A stretch of 64,000 nt of DNA, taken from Patescibacteria group bacterium (GTDB lineage: Bacteria > Patescibacteriota > Patescibacteriia > JACRDY01). Of the stretch, positions 63,191 to 64,000 are shown in pieces. The notes below the pieces were generated by a model. It did not search any database. It was given only the letters and a program-made list of their open reading frames with translations, and was not told where the DNA came from. The DNA is taken from positions 167,659-231,658 of the forward strand of contig JBAZLA010000002.1 in assembly GCA_041650515.1 (NCBI GenBank), read 5' to 3'. Made by a program: the position numbers and the translations under genes. Numbering within the stretch: position 1 is the stretch's first letter; the number at the start of each line of letters is the position of its first letter.

Positions 63191-63661
63191 TTATTGCTCC
63201 TTATTGGTGGAAGATTGTGAGCCTTCCCCGATTTTATTTTTTATTTGAAAAATTCTACTCACCAGCCAGGCCAAAATTAGACCCACTAAAGCCGTCAAAA
63301 CCGGCTCGACTATCAAATTAACAATTTGCCACCAGCTAAAAAACCAAATTGATTTCAAAATAGCGACTAACAAACCAAGGCCTAACCCAGCAATCGCCGC
63401 GGCCGTCATCGGATGACGAACGTCGGCTTTCTTTTCTTTACTGATTACCCAACTAATATAAATAGCAACAATAATCTTAACCCCCCAGCTCAAATAGTTT
63501 AGAACTGCTTTGGACCAATCTAAAAAGCTAACCAAGCTAATCAGATAGAAAAGCGAGATAACCAAAAACCCAATAAAAAAAGGTTTCCTAATTACCTTCA
63601 AATAAAAACGCAAATCTTTAGCTTCTTCGGCTTCTTGCCAATAGTTTTGTTCGGCAATCAT
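63191..63661 (-). CDS. Membrane protein, hypothetical
   Basis: 156 aa. Four hydrophobic helices. Confidence 0.4.
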   Translation of the reverse strand: MIAEQNYWQEAEEAKDLRFYLKVIRKPFFIGFLVISLFYLISLVSFLDWSKAVLNYLSWGVKIIVAIYISWVISKEKKADVRHPMTAAAIAGLGLGLLVAILKSIWFFSWWQIVNLIVEPVLTALVGLILAWLVSRIFQIKNKIGEGSQSSTNKEQ

Positions 63662-63704
63662 AGGTTTAAGGTAACCTCATTATAACATAAAATCAATCTG
63701 CGTG

Positions 63705-63810
63705 GTACTAACATAAGTATGCGGTATGCAGTATGCGGTATACAGGGACTAAACTCCACCATTCGTGTAGATTAACCCCCGCATACTGCATACTAATCCC
63801 TGCATACTAC
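63705..63810. repeat. Heptad-periodic inverted-repeat hairpin element (GTATGCN arrays)
   Basis: Left arm agtatgcggtatgcagtatgcggtatac. Right arm cgcatactgcatactaatccctgcatactac. Upstream of the 156-aa membrane protein gene. Confidence 0.75.
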
Positions 63811-64000
63811 TAAAAACCCCACCGTCCTAGTTAACAGGAAATCGGCGGGGTCTTAGAAAAAACTTTAAATTTTAGCAACCTACATTCCCATATCCATGCC
63901 GCTCGGCCCTTGGCTCTCACGGCAACAGCTCTTTTTATCAGGTAAATCAGTAACCACCGCTTCAGTAGTAATAAAAAGTGAAGCAATTGAAACAGCATTC

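Noticed and set aside
1-64000. CRISPR arrays, rRNA genes, diversity-generating retroelement (RT plus template/variable repeat)
   Set aside because: Scanned for regular 25-40-nt direct repeats with unique spacers, rRNA signatures and reverse-transcriptase motifs (YxDD). None were found. The repeats present are palindromic or heptad type, not CRISPR-like.

Overview
This 64-kb window looks like a compact, mid-40s %GC bacterial chromosome segment. The GC figures here and below are estimates by eye, not computed. Gene content and the giant Thr/Gly-rich surface proteins suggest a small-genome, CPR/Parcubacteria-like organism, but that is inference only. Most genes sit on the minus strand. Recognisable housekeeping genes: uvrA, uvrB, topA, a FolC-like Mur ligase, a CapA-family protein, dprA, pth, parB, parA, an ECF sigma / putative anti-sigma pair, smpB with tmRNA (ssrA) directly downstream, infC-rpmI-rplT, tRNA-Asp(GTC), lgt, a DsbA-like oxidoreductase, ppsA and pyk. 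There is also a cell-envelope polysaccharide locus: three GT4 glycosyltransferases, an O-antigen-ligase-like protein, a Wzz/PCP-like protein and an FG-GAP repeat protein. Three very large secreted proteins share a ~45-aa paired repeat module. The accessory content is the most interesting part. (1) A REP-associated-type IS200-like Y1 transposase (39008-39505) lies next to a ~4.5-kb GC-rich island (39540-44040). The island encodes diderm-type proteins: an OmpA-like protein, a beta-barrel-like protein and a Cys-rich, poly-Asp tandem-repeat lipoprotein. Two further small GC-rich islets sit at 50.2-51.8 kb and 57.8-58.5 kb. (2) A family of five ~160-nt structured intergenic repeats shows compensatory stem changes. 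(3) Heptad-periodic inverted-repeat hairpins (GTACTNN / GTATGCN / GTATAGA arrays) fill many intergenic gaps and are fused directly to stop codons of several genes. (4) Two other palindromic repeat families, and a promoter-terminator pair with no ORF between them (candidate sRNA). No CRISPR array and no rRNA were seen.
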